In this document: piece after piece, positions 1 to 11,229 of the stretch | Layout: each line of letters starts with the position of its first letter | Position numbering within the stretch: the stretch's first letter is position 1 | DNA from: Atractiella rhizophila | Taxonomy: Eukaryota | Length of the DNA stretch: 44,045 bases | Direction: 5' to 3' | Assembly: GCA_021432655.1 (NCBI GenBank) | Contig: MU271379.1 | Span: 1 to 44,045, forward strand | Notes under the pieces: generated by a model | Seen by the model: only the letters and a program-made list of their open reading frames with translations | Database searches by the model: none | What the model was told of the DNA's origin: nothing | Translations under genes and position numbers: made by a program

Positions 1-80
1 ATGACTGAGACTCGAACCCACGCCAGCACCAATCAGTCAAGGCTCAAATACCAACCCTACACCAACTACACCATCACACG
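1..80 (-). ncRNA. tRNA-like Pol III cassette within Helitron copy 1 (cut by window edge)
   Basis: Reverse complement gives GTGATGGTGTAGTTGGT (A-box-like) ... GTGGGTTCGAGTCTCAGTCAT (B box/T-arm). No convincing anticodon arm is visible. Confidence 0.5.
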
Positions 81-189
81 AACTCTTCGCTTTGTGGGCT
101 TATTTGAGTAGGTAAGGAAATTTTTGTCAAAGTGCGAAGTCACTTGACTCAGTCAGGGAAGACAACTATTTTTTATCCTTTAAATAAGC

Positions 190-385
190 TTTATTGTATA
201 CGGTTGGAAAGGTGCTGACACGCGTATTCTGGTGGTATGCTCAGAATTTTGATGGGTTGTTGTGGACCAAGAAGTCAATTGAGTCAGTAAGGAAAACAAT
301 TTTTTTTTTCGTCTTTCAAATAGGCTTTGTTGTATACTGTTCGAAAGGCGCCGACACGCGTATTCTGATGGTATGCTCAGATTAC
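190..385. repeat. Internal direct repeat in the Helitron 5' region
   Basis: TTGTATACggTTgGAAAGGyGCyGACACGCGTATTCTGrTGGTATGCTCAGA occurs at about 193-244 and 330-380. It is also duplicated in copy 3 (about 20497-20550 and 20633-20683) but single in copy 2. Confidence 0.8.
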
Positions 386-1061
386 TGGCAGGGTTGTTGT
401 GGGCGGTGAGAGAAGTGCTCAAAAGTACATGCGTGAGTCATGCTAAAAACCCGTCGTGCTTTATATATAAGGATGACGCGATAACGGCTTCTCCGCCCGT
501 CGAGCGTTGACGGGATAGTTTGGGAAGGAGTTAGTTTATAACTATGATATTGTTGCATTTCTCTTTCAATCTTGCAGCTTCAAGTTGTGGCTCACATGAA
601 AGGAAGTGTCTTTCCAGCAGAAAGATAGACTTTCGCACTTTTTTCCCAATGATCTTATGATCTTGTTGCTGCACATTTGAGTTCTGAAATGCCAATCATT
701 CATGATGCGAAATAAATGAAGGGGCGTCGCGCACATTTTTGTGCATGCAGCACTGTCCAGACCTGTAGTTTCGACAATGACCATTGTTTCAGCCCTGAGG
801 AATAGAGGGAAGTCATACCGAACCTTTTCGGCGTCGGTCAGCCCAAAAGGTTTAATTTAGTCTCTCATCTTCACCAATGCTTTGATTGTACGTGGAGTCA
901 GTCTTGATGGACTGCCAGAGTCAACTCTCCCTTCCTCGTATCAATTGAAGACTGTTGTTTCATGGTAGAGTCAGTCTTTCTCTGGTAAAACCTGAAGTGA
1001 ACTCAGTGAGAGAATAGAATACAATACATAAGCATTCGATTGAGCAGCTATTGAGCAGCTA

Positions 1062-4000
1062 TTAAATAAAAAGTTGAAGTATATCTCGCTCATAGTAATT
1101 TCGCTCGTCCGAAAGTTGCAGAGAAGGATAAAAGGCGACAAGCGCATCCTGAGATCCCAGATACAGCGAGTTGTAAATCCTGTTACATTCTGTTGTCAAG
1201 ACTTGAAATAGTTAAAGCAGGAAAGGAACGGACCTCCAATATGTTTCGCGCACTCGGCGAGCAGGATGGAAGAGACCCTGGAGGACATACGAAAGGACTA
1301 TCCCAGGTCCCAACGCCACACGCATTCCCTCGATCGCATCAAAGACGTTTCCAACCACATGTGGTGACTAAGAAGAAGTTAGAACTTGCGACCGATCAGC
1401 AGAACTGTAAATACACACAGTTTCGAAGACATTCTACACCACACACAAATGGATATGAGTTATCGATTCGCCATGTAGGAAAGACATAGGACATACCGGC
1501 CAAGTGAGGTTCATAAGGTGCATTAATGCATCCTCTGTACCCAAACCAGCAGTTCCAAGAGCCAGATGTTTAACGATAGCGGCTGCTGTTTGTCGGTGAA
1601 CGAGGTCTCGATCCGTAAGGGCATCCTCGAGACAAGTGACGACGCTGTGGATGTAATCTTTTCCCATCTCGCCGATATACTCGAATAGGAAGGACATTGC
1701 CTTCAAACAACCATTTCGAACATGAGCTCGGGGGTTCGATACTCGTTTAAGATGGCAGGAATGAAGGTGAAAGGTCCACACGTTTCGGCAACAATCGCTA
1801 CCATGGGTGACAGGATCCAGAGCAGTCTTACAGATGAAGGAAAGGGAAACACTAATAGCGACGGTACTGCAAACACGACTTTACCGCTCCTGAACTCGTA
1901 AGTTGGTCAACAGGACGCTGAGAACATCTTGAGGTCCAATGGCTTTAGCAATGTAACCGAGGGAGTTGACGGCTGCTCGTCGTATAGCTTTCTTGTGTGC
2001 TTTGAGTAAATCTAGGAGCTCAAAACATATTCGCATCCAATCCCTGGCGGAAACAAACTCCGCGTCACGATCAGCTGAATTATCGAGTGAGCGTGGGTTA
2101 GGATTCAAGTGAGAAAAGACAGACCTATCCGCTCGATCAAATTGATGTAGGCCTCTTGCACCTTCTCATGTCGATTCCTCAAGATCGGAGCCATTCGAGG
2201 AACTGTCAGAAAGTGAGCTTGTGATCTCACGTGGCAATGAAATTCAACGCACGCAGATCTTTCACAGGGGGACTCATCTGGGTCATGCCAACTACGTTGG
2301 CGATGGCGGCCTCAGCAGCAATGATACTAAGAGCAGCCATCATGATGGGATTTGAGAATGGATAGGCGGAACTCTCACCTTCCCAAGGTATCTGGCTACT
2401 CTTCACCCAGCTGTTCAAAAAGAACGACTCCAAGCTTGGCAAGCGGACCGTCTTCCCCACACTGCTTGATTACGACAGCAAGCTTGCTAACCAAGTCTGC
2501 AGCCTGTTGCCGAACCTTTGCACTTTTGTTATTTAGTCGCCAGAGGATGGTAGAAACAATCTGAGTGAGATACGGCTTGATACGAAGGCCTGTTCGACAG
2601 ATTAGCTTCATGTTATGAAAACAATGCGGACGAACCCAAGGCATTAACGACCGTCCCGAATCCATCCAACATGACCTGGTCTTCCACAGTCTGTTCTTGA
2701 AATGCGTGCAGGATACCATCCACAAGTTGTACTTCCAACCGTTCGTCGATATCGGAGGCTCCGAGGGACGTGATGACTTTCTGGATTGTCTCCGTGACCA
2801 TCTTCCTAAAAGGTTCACTCTCATCCTTCAAATCGACCACCCTTCCAACAATCTCTGCCACTCCTGCCTTCTGAGCGAGCTCCACCGTCGTTTCAACAAC
2901 CTGGCGGTAATTCCTCCTGTCAAGAGCCATTCTTCGTATAAAGAAACGCCTGAAGAATTCGGGTAGGATTTTCTCCTTGACGTATGACGGTTGAACTCCG
3001 TCTGTACTCGCACATTGCTGAACCACCTTCAGAACAATCTTTTTCATCTCCTCATCTCGAGTCTGAAAATCTTGGATCAGAATCTCCATCACCTCTTTCG
3101 TGTAATAATGCGAAAATTCGGCGTCCATGAGCGGGATGATGAAATGGCCTTGAGGAAGGCAGCGAGACCTTTTCCTGGGTGCTTCCTGATACCGACCCAA
3201 AGAGGCTTGAGGACGCTGTCAAAACTTTCGATACCATGTGGAACTGCAGCTTCAGCCAAAGCAGCGAGACAAAGGGCAGTCATTGTTCGGACTTTTTCCT
3301 GCTCGTCCTCGAGACCATTTGCCACAGCTTCAACGAGATTCTTGAGGTGAGGAAGAACTGCGCAACTCATCATGATAGCAATCTGTTGCACAATGTTGAT
3401 ACCTGTATGCCGAGCTTGCCAGGACTTTTTCGACTTGCAAACTGCTTTCAGGAATGGTAGAGGGATGGGATACCCAGGGCTGACGCAACCACCGAAAAGG
3501 CACGAGCAGTCGTGTTTCGTACATATTCGTCAACATGATCAATATCAGGTCGCATCGTCGAGATCATGTGCGCTAGACCGGCAGCCTTTGAAAGGTTGGA
3601 AATGATTTCACGACCTTCCACTCTGGCGTAGTAGTCTTCATCGATGAGAAGAGGCTCCATGACGACTAATATCTTGTGAACATAGGGACGGACGAGGTCG
3701 TCAAGCTTGTAGAGAACACGATCAATGACCTTGACAAGGAGGTGTCGTTCTTGATCTTCCAGACTTCTTTCCATAAGCAGGGGGAGAATTTTGTCAAAAA
3801 GTGGACCAGCTCCGAACTCTCTAGCTTTGTCAGTGATCTGTCGAAGAGCCGTTTTCCTCATAGGCGGCGTTCCATTTTTTATTTTCAACTACAGACGCAC
3901 AATTTTTCGTTCTTTCATCTCCTCGACCGTCAATCCGCTGTCGTCCTGGTCCCCGAGAATCTTGCTGAAGTAGGTCGCATCCTCGGGCTTGAAGAAAGCG

Positions 4001-4846
4001 AGCTGCCCAACTCCTTCAATTCTGATGGAAGATCAGGAGTGAGACCTGAAAGCATTCCGGTGGCCGAATCATCAGGCATGAGAAAGCCTTGTCCTTCAAT
4101 AGCAGGTGCAGACTGGAGCTTTCTCGAGGGGGTTCGAATAGCAGCATAGCCAGGAGGAGGTTCAACGATCTCGTAGCCTTCGGCAGGGAGCATCTGGTTG
4201 AGCTCCTCGTCGGAAAGATAGCGGTTTCGTTTGTCAAGGTCAGTAGGGATCGCAAGACTGCCGTCCGGCATGATTATCCCTCCTCCAAACATGAGTGGTT
4301 GAGGAGTGAGACTAGCGCCACTGATCGGTGCGACAGGAGTCTGATCCCATCGACTCCTTTTCGGCGTAGCTTCCACCGAACTCTCTCCACTGAGGGCAGG
4401 CGTCTCGTCCCATCGACTCCGCTTCTTTTTTGGCTTCTGCTCCCCCTGGTCATCCCAAGCCGAAGTTTCGTTTCGATTGGTGACATCCATCATGGCAGTA
4501 TCCGAACTTTGATCCCACCTAGAGCGCTTTGGAGTCGCATCCGGAGCTTCAAGCGCCATAGCGCTCTCCTTCCCCTCTCGCATGAGCTCCTCAATCTTGT
4601 CCTTCACCCGCTTTTCCTCCCGCTCCAAGTTTTGGCGCCGCATCCTCGCAGCATAAGATGAACCATCTTCCTCCGCGCCCTCCCCAGTAAAGGCATCCTT
4701 CTGGACCAATCCTTCATCGCGGTCAAAGTGGCGAAGTTGATACTCGGATTAACGCGAGGCAACTTGCTTCTTCTTCGCCGTTGCGGCAAAGGGGTCTTCC
4801 GCATCCTCATCCGCGAATTCGTTAAGTAAATGCTTCGGAGCGGTAA
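1062..4846 (-). pseudogene. SF3B1: U2 snRNP splicing factor 3B subunit 1 (SF3b155/Hsh155) pseudogene, introns retained, 5' end missing
   Basis: Clear SF3B1 peptides: KRSRWDETP/RWDQTP repeats, [90 protein letters not shown] and C-terminal ...YYERDILQLFI* (stop 1062-1064). Lesions: in-frame stops at 4749-4751, 2396-2398 and 1881-1883, and frameshifts near 4018, 3458, 3143 and 1722. Confidence 0.93.
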
Positions 4847-5249
4847 CTAGTCGTCAGAACAATAAGCACCCCTCATAACCCAAAACTTGACCAAAGTGTT
4901 GACTAAACTCACGGAGCCTGGTTATGTTCTAGTCTTGAGTTTCTCGTGCCCGACTTTGTTGCGTTCATGCCTCCATCTTCCTTCGAATATCCTTAAATAT
5001 AAAGCACGACGGGTTTTGACCATGACTCACACATGTACTTTTGAGCCCTTATATCACCACCCACAACAACTCTTTCATACTCCTGAGCATACCACGAGAA
5101 TACGCGTGTCGGCGCCCTTCGAACCGTATACAGCAAAGCCCATTTGAAAGATGAAACAAAGTGTTTCAGTCACTGAGTCAGGTGACTTCTTGGCACTTTG
5201 AGCGAATTTCCGTTACCTACACAAAGTACGCTCATGAAGGATCCAAGTT

Positions 5250-5339
5250 TGTCCTGTGGTGGAGTTGGTGTATGGTTGAAAGTCAAGTCTTGAGTGCTTT
5301 GTGTTGGTCTGGGTTCGATTCTCAGTCATGTAACATTTT
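5250..5339 (+). ncRNA. tRNA-like Pol III cassette within Helitron copy 2
   Basis: A box TGGTGGAGTTGG at 5257-5268, T-arm CTGGG-TTCGATT-CTCAG at 5309-5325 (B box GGTTCGATTC) and TTTT at 5336-5339. Confidence 0.55.
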
Positions 5340-5464
5340 GTTATCGCCAAAACCCGTTGCGCGCAAACTGCGTGCACGCAGTTTCTTCAGCGCTTTCTGA
5401 GATTTCTCATGTCGTGCGCCAAAAACTGTTGTTTGCCAACTATGAGGGAAAGTAAGCAACGCTG

Positions 5465-6018
5465 CACCTTCTGAAGATCAGATCCAAGACTTATGCCTTA
5501 TCGAACTAGAGGATCTGCTACATGGTCTAGGCAAGACACTCGAGGAGTATAGGCTGCCATTACCCGCTCATAGGTTTGAACGATGGGGAGGAGAGACAAG
5601 AATAATTGGAGAAGAGCTGGCATACAACGTTACAGAGTTGGAGCAACGTCTTGATAGGGATCTTCCTCTTATGAATGAGGATCAACGACATGCATACGAT
5701 ACAATCATCGAAGCCTGGCAGAATGGCACCGGAGGACTCTTCTTTCTTGATGGGCCTGGAGGAACTGGAAAGACTTTTGTTCAGAATCTTATACTGGCAA
5801 GAGTAAGATCATCCAACAAGATTGCACTGGCAGTAGCCTCTTCTGGAATTGCTGCTATTCTGCTTGAAGGTGGTCGTACTGCTCATACACAATTCAAGAT
5901 TCCCCTCAATGCAGATGCTCAATCAGTTTGTGGTATTTCGGCTCAAAGTGATCATGGAAGGCTATATGTCAAGGCAGAAATTATCCTGTGGGATGAAGCC
6001 ATTATGAGTGATCGCCTA
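5465..6018 (+). pseudogene. Helitron PIF1-family helicase fragment (linker and motifs I, Ia, II)
   Basis: LEDLLHGLGKTLEEYRLPLP linker, FFLDGPGGTGKTF (Walker A), AVASSGIAAILLEGGRTAHTQFKIP and IILWDEA (Walker B). It ends abruptly at the junction with the CACTA transposase. Confidence 0.9.
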
Positions 6019-8505
6019 GTGCTGAAAGTAAGGCGACGGGAGATGACTTTGAAGAAGGCCAGGGCCTAAACCATAGAAGTAGGTTTCCCACTCTTTGGCA
6101 CGATAGCCAGAGATCTTGACATCAATGTTGCGACAAAATTTGTCCCAACCACTTGGTAGAAAACATCGTGTGTTGGAAACTTCAACTCCGTGTTGCTGCC
6201 ACCGCAATCCCAAAAGCGTTTCCCAAGGAAGTCGATCCGTGTCAGGTATTTCTTGGACTTCAGCATTATTCTTCCCACGCTTCCTCTTTCCCAAACCATC
6301 ACCGCGTGTCTTCTTGGACTTTTTGTCAGTTGGACGTATGATGCCTCGCCACAGCCCGACCATCAATTCCGTAAAGTTGAAATTTGGATGGTGCATTCCA
6401 TCTATAACAAAGCAAAAAGGTGGGCCGCCGCCAATAGTTTCGATTTGAGAGAACAGACTCTCTCCTACGATACCATAATCTCGTTGAAGGCGCTTTTGGA
6501 CTGTGACTTGATGATTTGCCCTTGCTTGCAAAATCGCTGCAACGTGGGCACTGTATTGTTCTGGTGTCTCTGTGGGAAGGTTGTGTGGATCATAATTTGG
6601 GCGCATCGATAGAGGCTCCTGATACTCGGTAGGGCGGGTGAGAGGAAAGTAGTAGGTTGGAATACCAGGTTGACGCACGCCAATCAATGTAAATCCATTG
6701 ATATGACAGCCCATCCGACCATTGTGTCCAACTTCTGCCGCAACTGCCGCCTGGCACAGCATATCAAAAAGACCAAGGGCTATAAAAGGTCGTGATTGAA
6801 ACCAGCGTTTTCATTCACCGTCAAACAGAGGAAAGCCAGTTGCTTGGAGACGTTTGATGCAATCAAATATGGGAAGGAGAAAAGAATCCTGATTCCATGG
6901 AGGGTTTGGGCCTGGTATGATGGCGAGAGGGATGACAAACTGTTGCTTATAACGAACCTCTGGAGGTAGGTTATAATCAATCAGAATGATGAAAATAGAG
7001 TCTGATGGTTTTTTAGTGTTGTAAATTTGGGCACCATCAAGCGAGAGAGCTAAGACACTGTCTGTCGGAAGGATCTTGAGGTCATGTACAGCTTGAAGGT
7101 AATCGCGGCCACAGTAAATATCATTCAGCTCCTCTGCTGCAGTTCCCGGAGGGTAGCGTTCCGTCAGAAGAGCGGTTCGCTCAGCACGATGTTTCGAAAG
7201 TTTTGCACCATGGGCAGTTGACCAACGTGCTTGGAGGGGGACTTCCAATGGGACAACATAGTACTTTCTCCGGGATACTTGAACAGAACGGCCACTCTGG
7301 TTCGTTTTCGTGAAGTATCGAGATTCACCACACTTGGGACAATCAGTTCGATCCTTCCAGTGTCCCGTATATGCCATGTGAGTTTGAGAGCACATGTCAA
7401 AAGATTCTGGAATAATTCGACTTCGTTCTCTGACAAGCTTTTGGACAGCATCGAGGGTAAGTGTCTCCATCTGAAATCGCTTGAGATGGAGCTGTCGAAG
7501 GTCCTTGTAGAGTTCACCTGATGCTCGACCATGGCAAGTCATGTAGAGCTCTACAGATATTAACTCCTCTTCTGTTAGAGGTGCGTAATGATATTCCTCT
7601 TTTGGAGAGACCACTTGGGTGAAGCCCATTGATTGGTACGACCTGAACTGCTCTCGGATAAAGCGGTCATGTTCCCAGACATCTCTTGCAAGATGAGAAT
7701 CCACTATATAGGAATAATTGACAGAGTTCGATCACGTCGGAGTAAACACCCACTTTCACCCAGTTCAGGTCCTTCTCCCAAATCGCCATCCTCACGTATG
7801 CTCTCAGCCTATCCATTTCTTGTATCAAGCTCCACTTCACTATCATCAGCATTAATGCCATCTAATTCTCCCTCGCCATCACTGGCAGACCCATCTTCGT
7901 TACCTGATGATCGAACTTCATCTTGATCTCGACTCTCCTCTTCTCGATCGCTCCGTGAAACAATCCCCTGGTTGTGCGACGGTTCTTCATGAGGACAGTT
8001 CTTGTCCTCACAATCCAGTTGTCTCTCCGCATCAATAGTCATTGATAGGATGCCTTCTTCCATGTTGCATTGGTCATCATATTCAGCTTGAGGTATGTGC
8101 TCGGCTTCCTTCCCTCTCCCTGCTTCCTAGAGAATCATAGATATGAGATTATAAAATACATATTCGAGTCAATAACAAACCTCCAATCCATCCATACTAT
8201 CTCTCCCCATATCACTCAATAAACCAGCATCCCTAGACTTTTCCAAAAGCCGTTGAGCCCTCTCATGCTTAAAAGCAGTTGAGCGCTTGACCTCAGTCAA
8301 TATTCCTCAACAAAATATCTCACATTCCTCCACAAAATATCTCACAGTCACAATAATACGTCCCTTCATTTGCCGTTGTGTCCATTCTATCTAAATCATT
8401 TGGGTCACACTGACCAATATCTGTTTTTAAATAGTTCGCTTCCGAATCCATACCATGTGATGCACTCGAGCGAGACTCCTTAAATCCTTCTTTCAAAATC
8501 AGCAT
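6016..8505 (-). CDS. CACTA/EnSpm (tnp2/Transposase_21-like) transposase, multi-exon, C-terminally truncated
   Basis: N-terminal YYCDCEIFCGG, DMC..THMAYTG...CPKCGESRY, LSLDGAQIY, LAIIPGPNPP, VGHNGRMGC, DGMHHPNFN and SGYRAKEW..YFYGLGPGLL. These motifs match fungal tnp2-type transposases. Confidence 0.8.
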
Positions 8506-8527
8506 TGTCTATCCTTCCTTCCAACCC

Positions 8528-11229
8528 ATGGATCCCATGGACGACATTCTTTTTCCTGGAGCTCAAAATCATTTGAGCGAAATAAGCGGTTCAAAGGGGA
8601 AACCAGAATCAGGTAATGTTTTTCGGCATATCTCTTTTCTTTTTCTCTTCTGACTGAATTACCAGGCAATCAGCTCGGTGAGCTTGATGACCTATTCATG
8701 GACAGGTGTGTAGACGAAATATGGAGTCAAGATGCTAATACATGGCCATCCACACCATCCTTCAATTTCAAGCCGAATTTGCCGCCCCAGAGCTTTTCTC
8801 CTGCTGGGATGGCTGCAATTCGAAAGGGTAACCAGACGACACTCTTGGAAGCTGGGAATACTGTTGTGATAGAACTTCTGTTGAGGATTAGGTATTTAGA
8901 AGGGAAGATTGAAACCTTGTGAGTCTTTCTTCTTTATGTAGTTCTAAGCGGGCCAATGGGAATATTTATTGCAGGGAAAAAACAGTTGCCGTTCCGCTCA
9001 ACTCTCAATCACCCATCACTACGGCAGGACCATCCATTTCTTCCACACCATCCTCACTCTCCAACACTCTCCGCTCACGCCTCCTTCGTGGTACAGGAAT
9101 AATCACCGTGCCATCCAGTTGGCAGCAATCTGACTATGCGTATCAGTCGATTTCGCCGACACGTCCGGACACGATTCCAGAGCATCTTTGGCTGGAAAAC
9201 CTTTGGAATGCATGGAAAAAGGCACAGAAGGAGTCCGGTAAGAAACCAGGGAAGCTGACCTGGCTAGTCGACGAAGAATGTAACCGTCTCTTCACTGAAG
9301 CATCGATTCGGACAAGTGCTCACATGCTCCTCACCGATTTCCTGTCACAAACAAGCTATCGCCTTTCGGTGTGGAGAAATGTCCATCGAACGGGTCAGGA
9401 AGGAATGATTGGTGTTATGGAATCTCTTCACCCTGAGCTCACACTGTGTGGTGATCATTTCAAAGCCCAATTCTTCCTGCAGGAACAGTTGAACGAGGTC
9501 CATAAGTTATGGAGAGAGGAGGATGGATTGGAGCCCAAATTTACGAGGCTGAAAGGGGAGGCACCTGACGGATTAGAATTCTCATTAGGGTCTCGACCAT
9601 CGACTCCTTTGCCAGCTTCTTGTGCTGGTGTCACACTAAAGTCGTATTTCTCTCTATTCACAATGGAGATTGAGCTTATCTTAGTCTCCTGCACACCTGT
9701 TTGGATAGGCGGAAGCCTAATAACGAGCGCGAACAAGGTATGCCATCTTCTAGGCATCCACATCTAGCGTGACACTAAACAGGGGAACATCTTTCATGCA
9801 TCATTGCAAACCGTGGAGATGATTGCCTTGAGAGATGAGAATCTGAATAGCGAGCCCGGTGAACCCGATACCATGGAAGTGGATATTGGGAGAGGTATGC
9901 TTGGTTCAATGTGTTCATGAATTCGGTTGATTCAGTGTGTATAGCCTAACTTGGTTACGTTGGTCACTCTACTACAGTAGGCTCTGCACTGCTCCGCAAT
10001 GCCTTTCTAATCATCGCCAGGTCATGCTACCATCTCAAAATAGTGGGAATTCCTCGAACCCAGACACAAATGGAGATGGCTTAACAAGAACTCCAGGTGT
10101 TTGCCGTCCGTCCTTTTGCGAGCACACACCCTCCTTATCACAGGCACTTCTAATTCCTGCAACTCCCTTGCCTGTACCACCAACGCCTCCAGATGCCCCA
10201 TCTCTCGCCACACCTCCACGTCCCTTATCCTCACAGGCGACTAACCAACGTCCTCTTCTTGGTTTTGTTGATGAAATCCGGGATGACCCTTACACAGTGT
10301 GTTCTTTTCGTTCCATCGACCGTGCTTTACTTCTCTTTCTCATTATCCTAAAGGGTCTTACTCCACCAGCACGGGCTACAACGCCACCAGGAGTCTCAGT
10401 CAGTCATAATAAGTTAGGAAAGGACCCGGGTGATTTTGGTAAGCCCCTTGTCTCCATCTTCTGCGCAGTTCCATGACTGACAAAAGACGTCGCATCACTG
10501 TTCCTGTCAAGTCGTAGCCTTCACAAGCAGAATTCCACTCACACCTGGAGCCATTCCTATCCACATTACGGCCTGCAGGAACAACTCAGAAACCACAATT
10601 GGGAACGGAATCGAACTAAACCCGCTTAGCGGAACATCGACAACTAGATTCCCACTCGCACCTCCACTCCCAATCATCCCCCTCCACGTTGGAGCCCATC
10701 AGAACAATTCCGAACATACCAACAGGGACAGAATCAATGTGAAGCCACCCGGCATCTCCCCAGTAAGTTTTTACTAACTGCTTACTCTTACCATTCTGAC
10801 AGCGGGCAATCAATGTTAGCATCCGATGGTGCTGACAGCGTCTCAGGATCACAATCGCAATAAAGGGCAGTACGTCTGTTTCTATATCATGTCAAGGACA
10901 CAAGACTGATACTAGTCTGTGGCAGGGCCGCATTTCTTCGTTATCGACAGAACGAATGGCGAGTAGAAAATCCGGGTGCCCCGCTCCCTCTCCCAGCGAT
11001 GTTCAAAGCCGAGTACAAACAGCTCAGTTCAGAGAAAAATGTATGCCTTCGCACTCCATAGAGCCCGTTGTGATGTTTGAGCTACCTTTAGAGCTGGAAC
11101 AAACTGGCCAGTCAACAACAGGCTCCCTCAACGGCCTCAACGAGCTCAACGGCCCCAACGACCTCTATTCTTGCAACGCAATCTTCCGGACCGAATCCGT
11201 CTTCCCCAAGACCCACGTTGCATCATGAA
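8528..11229 (+). CDS. Multi-exon accessory gene of the CACTA-like element (hypothetical; boundaries approximate)
   Basis: Long exon at about 8975-9624 (HLWLENLWNAWKK...LTWLVDEE...MESLHPELTLCGDHFKAQFFL) resembles the second ORF of basidiomycete CACTA-like elements. It is followed by Pro/Ser/Thr-rich exons separated by short GT-AG introns. Confidence 0.5.

Larger units (their letters stand above)
1..473 (-). mobile_element. Helitron 5' terminal region (copy 1), continues beyond the left edge of the window
   Basis: Minus strand reads A|TCCTTATATATAAAGCACGAC from 473, a 5'-TC terminus after A. The stretch is highly similar to 20307-20775 (same orientation) and 4990-5330 (inverted), and those copies lead into PIF1-type helicase sequence. 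Confidence 0.8.
4990..6018 (+). mobile_element. Helitron copy 2: 5' terminus fused by internal deletion to the N-terminal half of the helicase, 3'-truncated
   Basis: A|TCCTTAAATATAAAGCACGAC at 4990. The stretch 4990-5465 is the reverse complement of about 20165-20775 and is followed directly by helicase coding sequence. Confidence 0.85.

Noticed and set aside
1..80. Functional tRNA gene
   Set aside because: The A/B boxes and T-arm are present, but the D-stem and anticodon arm do not pair convincingly, and the sequence is part of a repeat.
2697..4661. Plus-strand ORFs (for example 3676-4149 and 4089-4661)
   Set aside because: These are antisense shadows of SF3B1 exons with no recognisable products.
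1062..4846. Functional SF3B1 obscured by homopolymer sequencing errors
   Set aside because: Some indels are single-base losses in short runs, but the three nonsense substitutions, the 4-bp deletion and the conserved-site changes are not of that type. The nearby esterase and Plavaka genes show no such errors.
11126..11162. 9-bp CTCAACG-type repeats
   Set aside because: Low-complexity repeat near the end of the CACTA accessory gene.
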